Assembly: GCA_046582655.1 (NCBI GenBank)
Contig: JAYGDX010000171.1
Coordinates: forward strand, 32,974-96,973
Source of the DNA: Candidatus Poribacteria bacterium
GTDB lineage: Bacteria > Poribacteria > WGA-4E > UBA9662
Direction of reading: 5' to 3'
DNA: 64,000 nucleotides
Shown: positions 1 through 8,853 of the stretch, one piece after another
Layout of the letters: every line of letters starts with the position of its first letter
Numbering within the stretch: the first letter of the stretch is position 1
Notes under the pieces: model-generated
Database searches by the model: none
What the model was told of the DNA's origin: nothing
The model's input: the letters and a program-made list of their open reading frames with translations, nothing else
Made by a program: the position numbers and the translations under genes

Positions 1-2
1 CG

Positions 3-371
3 AAATTTGGAATAATATCAACAAGCGGTCATACCTGCGGCCCGACATCTCCTGTATTGAAGGAAGACACATGGTACCATGTAGCGGGTGTTTTTGATGG
101 AAAGAAACTCTCTATATTCATAGATGGAAAAATGGAAAGTGAACAAAATCAGGGTGGAAAAATCACAACAAGTGATTGGCCTATAATCATTGGGAGTTAT
201 GCTGGTTTAGGATATAAAAGTAATGCTATTATCGATGAGTTAGCAGTTTTTAACGTAGCTTTGAGCAAGGATGATATTAATCTTCTGATGAAGGATGGTT
301 TGGAGAAAACCGCGGCTGTCTCTACTAAACGTAAACTAGCTACAACATGGGGAATTATTAAGGGGAATTAA
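3..371 (+). CDS. LamG-like jellyroll (ConA-like) domain protein, 5'-partial
   Basis: Frame is open from the window start. Motifs WYHVAGVFDG..IFIDG and IIDELAVFNVALS; C-terminal AVSTKRKLATTWGIIK tag. Confidence 0.88.
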   Translation, partial: KFGIISTSGHTCGPTSPVLKEDTWYHVAGVFDGKKLSIFIDGKMESEQNQGGKITTSDWPIIIGSYAGLGYKSNAIIDELAVFNVALSKDDINLLMKDGLEKTAAVSTKRKLATTWGIIKGN

Positions 372-409
372 CCTGATTTTTGAAATAGATTCAGATGTGA
401 GAGTGAGAT

Positions 410-427
410 TCCCTTCGAAACGGGGGA
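410..427. terminator. Short hairpin between convergent LamG genes, possible terminator
   Basis: tcccttcg-aaa-cggggga imperfect stem-loop in the 72-bp gap between two convergent stop codons. Confidence 0.3.
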
Positions 428-443
428 TAGATTCACCATATAA

Positions 444-1187
444 TCATCTTTTTCCACCTTTTATATCCCCCCAAGTTGTCGACAATTTCATCTGGGATTT
501 AACTGATTGGGGATTATGCATGTCTCTCTGAATTACCTCGCCGCTGAGCGCATAGTTGTATATCTTAATTTCATCAAGTCCCCCCTTCATGAAACGCATT
601 TCCCCTCCTCGTGTGCCAATAAATAGTGGTGTATTGCTTTTAAGCAAAGTTCCCGGACAGTCCATCTCAGTATTTAGTTTACCGTTGATGTACAGTCTAA
701 ATTTCGTGCCGTCCCATGTGCCGGCTAAAAAAGTCCACTCATTTTTAGGGATTTCATCACCGACAACTTCATCGTCACAGTCATTAGGGAGGTCATAAGC
801 TTGAATCACCGGTCGGCGACCATCATACCAGAGGAGTGCATACTCACCGTCTACCTTCCATGTAGGTCCTTTTTCAACAATAATTCGCTTCTCATCCTCA
901 AAAGGTAGTACCCATGCTTCAATGGTCAGGGACTTCGTTAGGTTGAGGCTGTTACTGCTAGCAACCTGGCCCCATGTAATGCCGTCAAGTTGGATAGCAT
1001 CATTGCCGAGTGGTCCCTCTATTCTTTTGGGTTCGACATTAAACTCCGCGTCATTTCCAAATTTGGAAAGATCCTTGGCTTGTTTACCCGGATCTCTATC
1101 AAATGACAGGTAAAGTACTAGGTCTTTAGCCATCAGGTAGCTTGACAAAAAAATTATGGCAATTAAAATAAAAAATATTGTTTTCAT
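444..1187 (-). CDS. Secreted LamG-like jellyroll domain protein
   Basis: Signal peptide; LVLYLSFD, WTFLAGTWDG..LYING and GLDEIKIYNYALS motifs; C-terminal KLSTTWGDIK tag. Confidence 0.9.
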   Translation of the reverse strand: MKTIFFILIAIIFLSSYLMAKDLVLYLSFDRDPGKQAKDLSKFGNDAEFNVEPKRIEGPLGNDAIQLDGITWGQVASSNSLNLTKSLTIEAWVLPFEDEKRIIVEKGPTWKVDGEYALLWYDGRRPVIQAYDLPNDCDDEVVGDEIPKNEWTFLAGTWDGTKFRLYINGKLNTEMDCPGTLLKSNTPLFIGTRGGEMRFMKGGLDEIKIYNYALSGEVIQRDMHNPQSVKSQMKLSTTWGDIKGGKR

Positions 1188-1222
1188 AGCGACTCTGCAT
1201 CCTCACAGTGAAATGGTAGAAT

Positions 1223-1822
1223 TTAAGTTTTAATTACACGATAATGGAGAGAAATCTCGCTGGCAACTGTTTGGCAATCTAGAAGTTCTAGTTCAACTAA
1301 ACTATTGAAATCAGAACCTGTACCTTCAACCTTAACTTGTCCACCGCCTTCTATCAGTAGTTGTTTTACAGCGTACTTTTAGGCCAAAATCTCAACGATG
1401 TGTAGAAAATCGACTTCCAATTTGCCAACCACATGGATTTCAGCAACTTTGTGAAGGTCATTGTAATGATCTGAGTCAATCTGATTCGTGGTAAAGACAA
1501 GAGCTGGCGAATCATTTGAGTTAAACATTTTCAGCATTGATGGTACGCTGCCGCGCCCGCTGATGACAGCTTTGATTGGGTTAGGCACCATCCCCTGTTC
1601 CTTCCGCCATTTTTGGTATTGGGCGGATAAATTTGAGGTGGGGTTATCAGTAATAGCTGTTCCCGCACCAATGATGATTGCGTCTGCTGAACTTCGGATC
1701 TGTAGCATCCGTTCCTGATCCGCTTGACTGGCAAATTTTGGCCCTGTTCCGTCACAGGTGGTAATTTTACCGTCCAAAGTCATCGCCATATTTAAGAAGA
1801 TCCGTTCAGGTAGAGATCCCAT
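1223..1822 (-). pseudogene. RibD C-terminal (reductase) domain protein, disrupted
   Basis: AMTLDGKI and DAIIIGAGT motifs. In-frame TAA at 1379-1381, after which the same frame reads KYAVKQLLIEGGGQV..LHYRVIKT to a stop at 1223-1225. The segment expected after EGGG appears to be deleted. Confidence 0.8.
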
Positions 1823-1827
1823 AATTA

Positions 1828-3129
1828 TTAATCGATGTCAGCACGCTTGGACGTATTATCCTTTTTCTGTTCGTCCTGAATAATCGCGCTCAAATTTCCG
1901 ACAATTTCCAACTGTTCGGTTGCCAGATTTTTTGTTTCGTATGGGTCGTTACCAATATGGAACAATTCAACCCTCTCGTTTCTGGAATCATTGATGAGTT
2001 TCCAGTCCCCCAAACGCAGAGCGTAATCTCTACCCCGAAAGTTCCAATATATTGGCCTTTCGGGAAGGCGGTCAATCTCTCCAGTCAACAATTGCCAGAT
2101 ATCCATTCCGTCCCATAGAGGATCCTGGTTCGTTGTGTAGCCGACCAGACGCGTAAAAGTCGGCATCCAGTCCGAGATGTGTATCGGTTGTGTTACCTTA
2201 CTTGGCAAGAGTGTACCAACCCAGTTAATTAGTGATGGTGTTCGAATTCCACCTTCATAGAGTTGGGCTTTTTGACCACGTAAAGGCAGATTGCTTCCTA
2301 AACATGGCATCTCTTCCTGTCGGCCGGGATACTGATCCGAACTGTGCAATGGTGCATCAGGAATGGCACCATTATCCGAGGAAAAAACGATAATCGTATT
2401 TTCACGTGCGCACATTCTTTCTAGCGATTCAACAAATCGGCCGATAGCATGATCCATCTGACTGGTATAAGCCGCATAAATTTTGAAAGACCTATCTCGG
2501 TTTGGATCACTATCATAAACCTTATCTTCGTAAGTATTGATCCACGCCTGTGGCGCTTTGATCGGTACATGAACAGCAGTAAAAGGGACGTAACAGAACC
2601 AAGGTTGTTCTCGGCTTTCGATCCACTTAACCACTTGGTCGGCAATTAGATCTGTTACATGTCCACGTTCCTCGACCAATTGACCATTGTGATGCCAGGT
2701 AAAACTATACTCGCCCTGTTTATAACGATGATTATAGGGATCGACTCCACCGGCCAAACTACCGTAGGCCGTGTTGAACCCGTAGTGGTTAGGACCAAAC
2801 TCTGGTTTTGATCCCAGGTGCCATTTTCCGAAAAGTCCAGTATCATAACCGCAATTCCGAAGAGAGGTGGCAATGGTTTCATATCCATCAGGTAGGACTG
2901 GTGGATTTGACGGGGATGTTGCGTGACGACCAAAGCGCCCCGGATGCCTGCCAGTCATCAACGCCGTCCGGGTTGGTGTACACATCGGGCAGACGTAATG
3001 TTGGTCTAACTCGACACCAGATTGCACCAGGCGATCTATGTTCGGCGTACGGATCTCTGAATGATGATAACTCACATCGCTCCAGCCTAGATCGTCCGCA
3101 AGAATGAAAAGAATGTTTGGTTTATCCAT
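1828..3129 (-). CDS. Arylsulfatase (formylglycine-dependent)
   Basis: KPNILFILADDLG, CTPTR (CxPxR), GKWHLG, SDNG and LYEGGIR motifs. Confidence 0.93.
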   Translation of the reverse strand: MDKPNILFILADDLGWSDVSYHHSEIRTPNIDRLVQSGVELDQHYVCPMCTPTRTALMTGRHPGRFGRHATSPSNPPVLPDGYETIATSLRNCGYDTGLFGKWHLGSKPEFGPNHYGFNTAYGSLAGGVDPYNHRYKQGEYSFTWHHNGQLVEERGHVTDLIADQVVKWIESREQPWFCYVPFTAVHVPIKAPQAWINTYEDKVYDSDPNRDRSFKIYAAYTSQMDHAIGRFVESLERMCARENTIIVFSSDNGAIPDAPLHSSDQYPGRQEEMPCLGSNLPLRGQKAQLYEGGIRTPSLINWVGTLLPSKVTQPIHISDWMPTFTRLVGYTTNQDPLWDGMDIWQLLTGEIDRLPERPIYWNFRGRDYALRLGDWKLINDSRNERVELFHIGNDPYETKNLATEQLEIVGNLSAIIQDEQKKDNTSKRADID

Positions 3130-3140
3130 TGATCTTGTTC

Positions 3141-4097
3141 TTATTCCGAAAATTTCGCTCCAGTGTTTGATACCCCTTCATCGTCCGATCCGCCCCAAAC
3201 AATCATCTGGTTGCCAGTCCAGATTGTCGTATGGCCATTTCTAGCTTCTGGAACGCCTTCGGTTGTGATTGGTGTCCAGGTATCTATAGACGGATCGTAT
3301 CGACCGCCGGTATTTAAACCAACTCCTCCGTCGCCAACTCCGCCCCAGGCAATCATCTGGTTGCCGGTCCAGATTACCGTATGAAATACCCGTGGAGTAG
3401 GCGCACCTTCGATTGTAATTGGTGTCCATGCCTCGGAAGAGGGATCATATTGCCCACCGGTATTAAGCACACCGCTATGGCCAATTCCGCCCCAGATAAT
3501 CATCTGACTGTCGGTCCACACTGCCGTGTGATTGCTTCTGGTCTCTGGTGCTCCTTCGATCGCGATAGGTATCCATGCCTCGGAAGAGGGATCGTATTGC
3601 CCACCGGTATTGAAAGTATCTAGAATGTTTGATCCACCCCAGACAATCATATATTTACCAGTCCAGATTGCCGTATGGCCATTTCTAGCTTCTGGAACGC
3701 CTTCGGTTGTGATTGGCCTCCAGGTATTTGTAGAAGGATCGTATTGCCCGCCAGTATTAAGCACACCGACATTGTCGTTTACCCCACCCCAAACAATCAT
3801 GCTGCTCTCGGTCCACACGGCTGTATGGTTCTCTCGCATATCAGGAACTTTTTCTGCTGAAATAGACATCCATTCGTTGGTAGAAGGATCGTATATTCCT
3901 CCGGTATTTGATTGCCCATTACTCCATCCACCCCAGATAATCATCTGACTGCCGGTCCATACTATTGTTTGGAATACCCGTGCATCGGGAGCTTTTTCTG
4001 TAGGGATGAGTGTCCATTTTTCCTGGCTGTAACCGGTTGTTGAATATATCAATAAAAAACAAAGTATCGACAGCAAACTTAATACACATCGTCGCAT
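3141..4097 (-). CDS. Secreted Kelch-repeat beta-propeller protein
   Basis: Signal peptide and six ~49-aa repeats of the form R..HTAxWTG..MIxWGG..NTGG.YDP...W. Confidence 0.88.
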   Translation of the reverse strand: MRRCVLSLLSILCFLLIYSTTGYSQEKWTLIPTEKAPDARVFQTIVWTGSQMIIWGGWSNGQSNTGGIYDPSTNEWMSISAEKVPDMRENHTAVWTESSMIVWGGVNDNVGVLNTGGQYDPSTNTWRPITTEGVPEARNGHTAIWTGKYMIVWGGSNILDTFNTGGQYDPSSEAWIPIAIEGAPETRSNHTAVWTDSQMIIWGGIGHSGVLNTGGQYDPSSEAWTPITIEGAPTPRVFHTVIWTGNQMIAWGGVGDGGVGLNTGGRYDPSIDTWTPITTEGVPEARNGHTTIWTGNQMIVWGGSDDEGVSNTGAKFSE

Positions 4098-4202
4098 AAA
4101 ATCTTCCTTTAGGATGGACAGGTTTGCTTTTGATAATATTTTATCAGGTTTAGCTTTTTTAGTATAGTTTTACAAAGCTTGCGCTATGGGGGAGAAGATT
4201 CA

Positions 4203-4913
4203 CTATTGGATAGGCGGATTGTAATCCCAGTTAGCACGACGTCTACCATATTCATGATCGTTTATCTTTGTTAGATGACAATCGAGACATTCGGCAATGG
4301 TTTCTAAATCCCTCGGTTGAGGATCGTAGGGAATTACGCCGTGTACCTCATGGGCGAATTGAATTTCACGCGTATTGTGCACGTGACACAGGAGGCAGGT
4401 GTAGGTTTCGTAGGTTGATGAGGTATGGCATTTGACACAGGCGACGTCGTGTTCCTTAGCCAGAGGAAAAAAATCATCATGGTCTAACTTGCGACTTCCA
4501 TGAAGAATCACGCTAATCAGTAAAATAGGAGCCAGTAATGAATGAATTCGCAATATATTCTTTCGAATCCGACCTTTTGTAAACGATGTAGCCATTCCGG
4601 TTCCCAAATTCGCTGAGGCTAACAGAAATGCTATCCATGAATGCCAGGTATGCGGTTGAATTGCGGAATGTATAAAAACCAGCGACAATCCAAGAGAAGC
4701 AAATCTCTGATGATATTTCAACCATGTTTGTCTCGCGCCCCATCTAATAATTTGCTTAGATCTAAAAAAATAGAGGTTGGCAACTAAAATTGATATCGCG
4801 CCAATAATGCTAAGTGTATGCCGAATCTCTCCGAAACCAAATTTCCGAATCAGGGCAACAGAAATGAGAAATGCCCCCACGAGACCATGACCGATTTGAA
4901 TTATTGTTTGCAA
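4203..4913 (-). CDS. Membrane protein with C-terminal tri-heme cytochrome c domain
   Basis: About five hydrophobic helices with His pairs (YH..IH, IH..LH) followed by CVKCH, CLLCH and CLDCH; TTG start. Confidence 0.75.
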   Translation of the reverse strand: MQTIIQIGHGLVGAFLISVALIRKFGFGEIRHTLSIIGAISILVANLYFFRSKQIIRWGARQTWLKYHQRFASLGLSLVFIHSAIQPHTWHSWIAFLLASANLGTGMATSFTKGRIRKNILRIHSLLAPILLISVILHGSRKLDHDDFFPLAKEHDVACVKCHTSSTYETYTCLLCHVHNTREIQFAHEVHGVIPYDPQPRDLETIAECLDCHLTKINDHEYGRRRANWDYNPPIQ

Positions 4914-4945
4914 GATAACCTTTTGGTTAGTTGAATGGTTATGGT

Positions 4946-5836
4946 TTATTCGGCATGTTCAAATCGCATTTCGATAACTTTCGAAGAACTGTGTTTGGTG
5001 TGTTCCTCATGATCAAAAACTGCGATGGCCGTATCATAGGATTGTTTTACTGAAAGGTTGGCATCATCGTCATAACTTGTGTCCAGTTTTCTCAGCATTT
5101 CTAGCGTCCATTTTCCATCATCCCAAACACCTTTAGCAACCACATCGGCTTGGCTTGCTGTTGGAACTGATGGCGGATACTGATTGATTCGATTTCCTTC
5201 AAAGGCACTCGGTTTTTTTTGATATCCCGTCGGTGAATCCCCTTTATCCGCAGGACGAGCAATCCAGATTTTTCGTTTGTTAGTCGCTGGAAACTGCTTG
5301 GCATTGCCTTTTGGTTGACGAAAAGTGTGTATGTGGTGTTTGTCCATGGCGTATCCAGATGGGTTGGTACGTGCGGCTTTCCAATGCCATACGTCCCATG
5401 TACATTCAACTGGAGAGAGCATATTTCCGGTAAACCGACCTTCGATTGGAAATGAGATAGAGAAGACATCTTCCAAATCTTTTCCTTTCGTATATGATTT
5501 CTTTTCAACATCCCAAACCCAGCTTTTATGAGTATCATCTTTTGTCTTATCTGTCCATTCAGCAAGGATACAGATATGCGTTTGATTATAGACAGCCTTC
5601 ATTGTTACCAAATTTTCTCTACCTTCATCTTTACCGACAACTTCATAGACTGAAACAGTCAGAGGGGGCGTTTGACTCCAGACTGAATCGTCGCTTATTC
5701 CGTCTATTGTTGGCATCAGAGTTACCTTGAAAACATTCAGTACACCAGTTTTTTCTGCTAGTAGTTTCTTGCTTGATGAAATCCCAAGTGTAAGCATCAT
5801 TAAGGTAAGAATAGCAGGTGATTTTAGAAGTCTCAT
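4946..5836 (-). CDS. Exported heme b-binding DOMON-like protein (ethylbenzene dehydrogenase gamma-subunit-like)
   Basis: Signal peptide; PTIDG...W, AEWTD, DVWHWKAAR, AKGVWDDGKWTLEMLRKL and AIAVFD...H motifs. Confidence 0.75.
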   Translation of the reverse strand: MRLLKSPAILTLMMLTLGISSSKKLLAEKTGVLNVFKVTLMPTIDGISDDSVWSQTPPLTVSVYEVVGKDEGRENLVTMKAVYNQTHICILAEWTDKTKDDTHKSWVWDVEKKSYTKGKDLEDVFSISFPIEGRFTGNMLSPVECTWDVWHWKAARTNPSGYAMDKHHIHTFRQPKGNAKQFPATNKRKIWIARPADKGDSPTGYQKKPSAFEGNRINQYPPSVPTASQADVVAKGVWDDGKWTLEMLRKLDTSYDDDANLSVKQSYDTAIAVFDHEEHTKHSSSKVIEMRFEHAE

Positions 5837-5861
5837 TTCATATCTCCTGATTGTTTAATCA

Positions 5862-7319
5862 TTAAAAAGGAATCGCTTTACTCAAAAATAGGATTGAAAA
5901 ACAGGTTGACATAATCGGCTCTTCCTGCCCTCCAGATTTCCAACTCCCATCTGGCCGTTGCTGACTTATCAGGTAAGCAGCACCTTCTTCGTACCAATTG
6001 TGTTTTCCGGCTGTTTCTTGACTTGGTGGTATCGTTAAGGCACGTTGTAAAGCCGACAGGTAATAATAGTGCCACTCATATGCACCAGGGTTGCTAGTAA
6101 TCGTGTAATTCCTTGTCAGCCACTCTAGTCCTCTCTGGAAATGCGGATCGGTTGGTAAAACGCCACAAATTTTCAGTCCCATTAATGCTGTCATTGACAT
6201 GCTGCCATAGGACGTTTCCGCCCATGGACTGGTAACTTCAATGCCAGCATAACTCCATCCACCATCTTCCCGTTGCATACTTTTGATCCATTCCGCTGCT
6301 TGTTTTAACGAATCTGCAGGAATTTCTATTTCCCATTTCTGGGCTGCATACAGAGCCAAAAGTACATAATGCATATGCGCCATGTCCGGAAACGCCCCGT
6401 ATCCCCATCCTTTGTAGCGTTGCTTTGTAAGGATTCTGCTAGTGGCGAAATCCACACGATTATAGTATTTCTCTTTATTTCCTGTGGCTGTTAGAGCCAG
6501 AATAGCAACAGCAAAATCGTAAGTGTCATCCCATTGGTTCCAATCGGGCACAGGCGCATGGTGCAGAAGGTAATCAAGACCTTCGACCACAGCTGGATCG
6601 GCTTCTGGTGTACCGCTATGTAACAATGCCATCAGGGCAAGTGCCGTGCCGCCGGGCCCGATAATCGGCAGCCATCCCCCTTTTGTTTTCTCGTTGTCCA
6701 CTTTCTCTACTGCTCCACCTTCGAGCGATTTGCGACATACCATACACAGTTCCATAAATGATGGACTATGATGTTGATCAGGGCAGGATATAACGAACTC
6801 ACCTTGCTGGCTATGCAGCCATTTATTTCCTTTTTTAATGGTATTCTGAATTTGATCCGGAGTTGGTTTTGGTAGGTCTAATGATTTGCCTGTAATATTT
6901 TTTTTCGCTTGGTTATTTTCTTCATTTGATTCTGCAATCACATTATCGGGGTCTACGACCACGTAGATGGCCTTTTGTCCGGATTTTGCTCGCCATCTGG
7001 CCTCAACTTTTCCGACTTCCCCTCTTCTAAGACCAATGATGACACCTCCTTTACCAATTTGCAACCTACTACTATCGAGTGTTTCCTCGAAGAAACGTAC
7101 ATCAATATCCTTTTGCGTCTCGTCACCCTTATTCATTATGTAAGCGGTAATGATAACAGATTCTCCTTCAACCGGATTGTCCACTGAGAAGTAAATGTTC
7201 ACCTGAGAAATGGCAAAATTTGGAATAGCATCTGCAGACAAGATTGGTATGAGTTGGAAAAAGATACTGAGTAGAATTGGGCATATTGTCAAGTGGTGTT
7301 TTAACTGAGTCAAGTACAT
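5862..7319 (-). CDS. Secreted CARDB domain plus prenyltransferase/squalene-oxidase repeat protein
   Basis: VVVDPDNVIAESNEENN (CARDB); QW-type repeats QREDGGWSY and QQRPDGSW; YYYLSAL and STCFSILFL motifs. Confidence 0.8.
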   Translation of the reverse strand: MYLTQLKHHLTICPILLSIFFQLIPILSADAIPNFAISQVNIYFSVDNPVEGESVIITAYIMNKGDETQKDIDVRFFEETLDSSRLQIGKGGVIIGLRRGEVGKVEARWRAKSGQKAIYVVVDPDNVIAESNEENNQAKKNITGKSLDLPKPTPDQIQNTIKKGNKWLHSQQGEFVISCPDQHHSPSFMELCMVCRKSLEGGAVEKVDNEKTKGGWLPIIGPGGTALALMALLHSGTPEADPAVVEGLDYLLHHAPVPDWNQWDDTYDFAVAILALTATGNKEKYYNRVDFATSRILTKQRYKGWGYGAFPDMAHMHYVLLALYAAQKWEIEIPADSLKQAAEWIKSMQREDGGWSYAGIEVTSPWAETSYGSMSMTALMGLKICGVLPTDPHFQRGLEWLTRNYTITSNPGAYEWHYYYLSALQRALTIPPSQETAGKHNWYEEGAAYLISQQRPDGSWKSGGQEEPIMSTCFSILFLSKAIPF

Positions 7320-7418
7320 AAGCTCTTTCCTGTGGCGTTTAGGTTGAGATGCACAAATTTAGTATAAAATCAAAAAAATCAGGAGGCACGAATCAATGTG
7401 AAGTAGTATAAAACAAAT

Positions 7419-8643
7419 TTATGATGCCTGTCTCAGACCGGTTACACTGGGGGTGGCTACCAACAAAAGCTTCATGTTATCAATGCACCAACAACTGCCA
7501 CTGTCCAGAAATCCCTCGCCGAATCCACAGCCCTCCCCAGTGTAGGGGAAATCAACATTGCTGCTAATGACTTCGCTTGGGATTCGACTGAGAGTACTGT
7601 GGTGTTCATGTGTGGTGCTGAATGGGTGTTTATTCGACTGACCAACACCGGTCGCTAGAAATTCTGTAGGATTTCTATTCCCACGAAACCAACGATTACT
7701 AACGGATACCAGTGAAACCAAAGTAGCGGCACTAAGCACAAGAACAACACCCAACCGATACGCCAGATAAGGTGGGCTGCTCCGTCCTCGCCATTAGCTG
7801 GTGAGCTTAACGGGAGAAGCTATGCTGGACATCATGTGCATGGCGAAATAGACAATTCCTATCAATAGCGCGGTACGCTTTATGTTCTCCATCACCAGCA
7901 GAAATGGCAACGCAATCACAGCGTTTTTAAGAATAGGTTGAAGATAATCCTTACTTGCTTTAAATCCCCCTTCAAAGCTCATAGATTCCACAATCAATTG
8001 GCGTAACTGTTTCTGGTGAACTGCTTGTTGCAATGCCTGACCAAGTAGTTGTATTACCGATTTAATTGACAATTCTCTTTTTCGATTTCCATCCAACATT
8101 GCTGGATAGCCAAGAAAATTGATGATATTAATCAGATAGGGGATGGTAGAGAACCAGAAGATATTGCTGTAATCTCCGTGATACCAGACCAGTGCACTTG
8201 CTGCGACAACAGAAGTAGCCGATCCTATCTGTGACCAAGAACGGGTGTATCCATAGACTTTTGTGCTCTCGTTACCTCTTCCCTCAAGTTGCAACCAATC
8301 AAAAATTATTGCTTTGTGCGTTCCTGTACGAAATGCATCCCCCATAGCCAAAAAGAGCATGGCTCCGTATAGCTAGAGTAAGCGATTGACTCCAGCCGAA
8401 TAGCAAAAAGGATACAATGTAGACGCTGAATGAACATATCATGGCCAGACGTCTACCATACAGATCGGCAACTGTACCACTGGGAACTTCGAACAGATTA
8501 ATGCATATTTCACGGAAGCCAATCAAAATGCCAATCTGGAAGAATGAAAGTCCCTTTTCACGAAGGGCTAAGATTAGGAACGGTTCGTAGTAACGCTGAT
8601 TCTTGAGAAGACCGTAAATCGAAAATCGGAATAGCATCGGCAT
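7419..8643 (-). pseudogene. MFS transporter, multiply disrupted
   Basis: EVPSGTVADLYGRR and GDAFRTGT motifs lie in different frames (shift near 8360-8380). A second shift occurs near 7800-7815. In-frame TAG at 7655-7657 (QNF*RPVLVSRI), then TVLSVESQAKSL continues. Confidence 0.82.
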
Positions 8644-8763
8644 GTTCAGCGATGATTACTTCAACAAAATCTAGGCGGTAGAGATAAACTTGATAATAAT
8701 ATATCATCTTTAAATTATTTCTGAATTGACCCTAAAATTAACTTTTTAACAATTTATTTTGGC

Positions 8764-8795
8764 AAAAAAACCGTTCCAGATAGTATAGAACGGTT
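8764..8795 (-). terminator. Intrinsic terminator downstream of TonB receptor
   Basis: aaccgttc...gaacggtt stem followed on the minus strand by a T run. Confidence 0.55.
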
Positions 8796-8853
8796 CAATC
8801 GATTTTTTTAGGGACAACTGCTAAGATATGAATGTGCCTAAAGGTACCCTCGT

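Noticed and set aside
7419..7754. Independent 111-aa gene
   Set aside because: Mostly an off-frame reading of the MFS pseudogene C-terminus.
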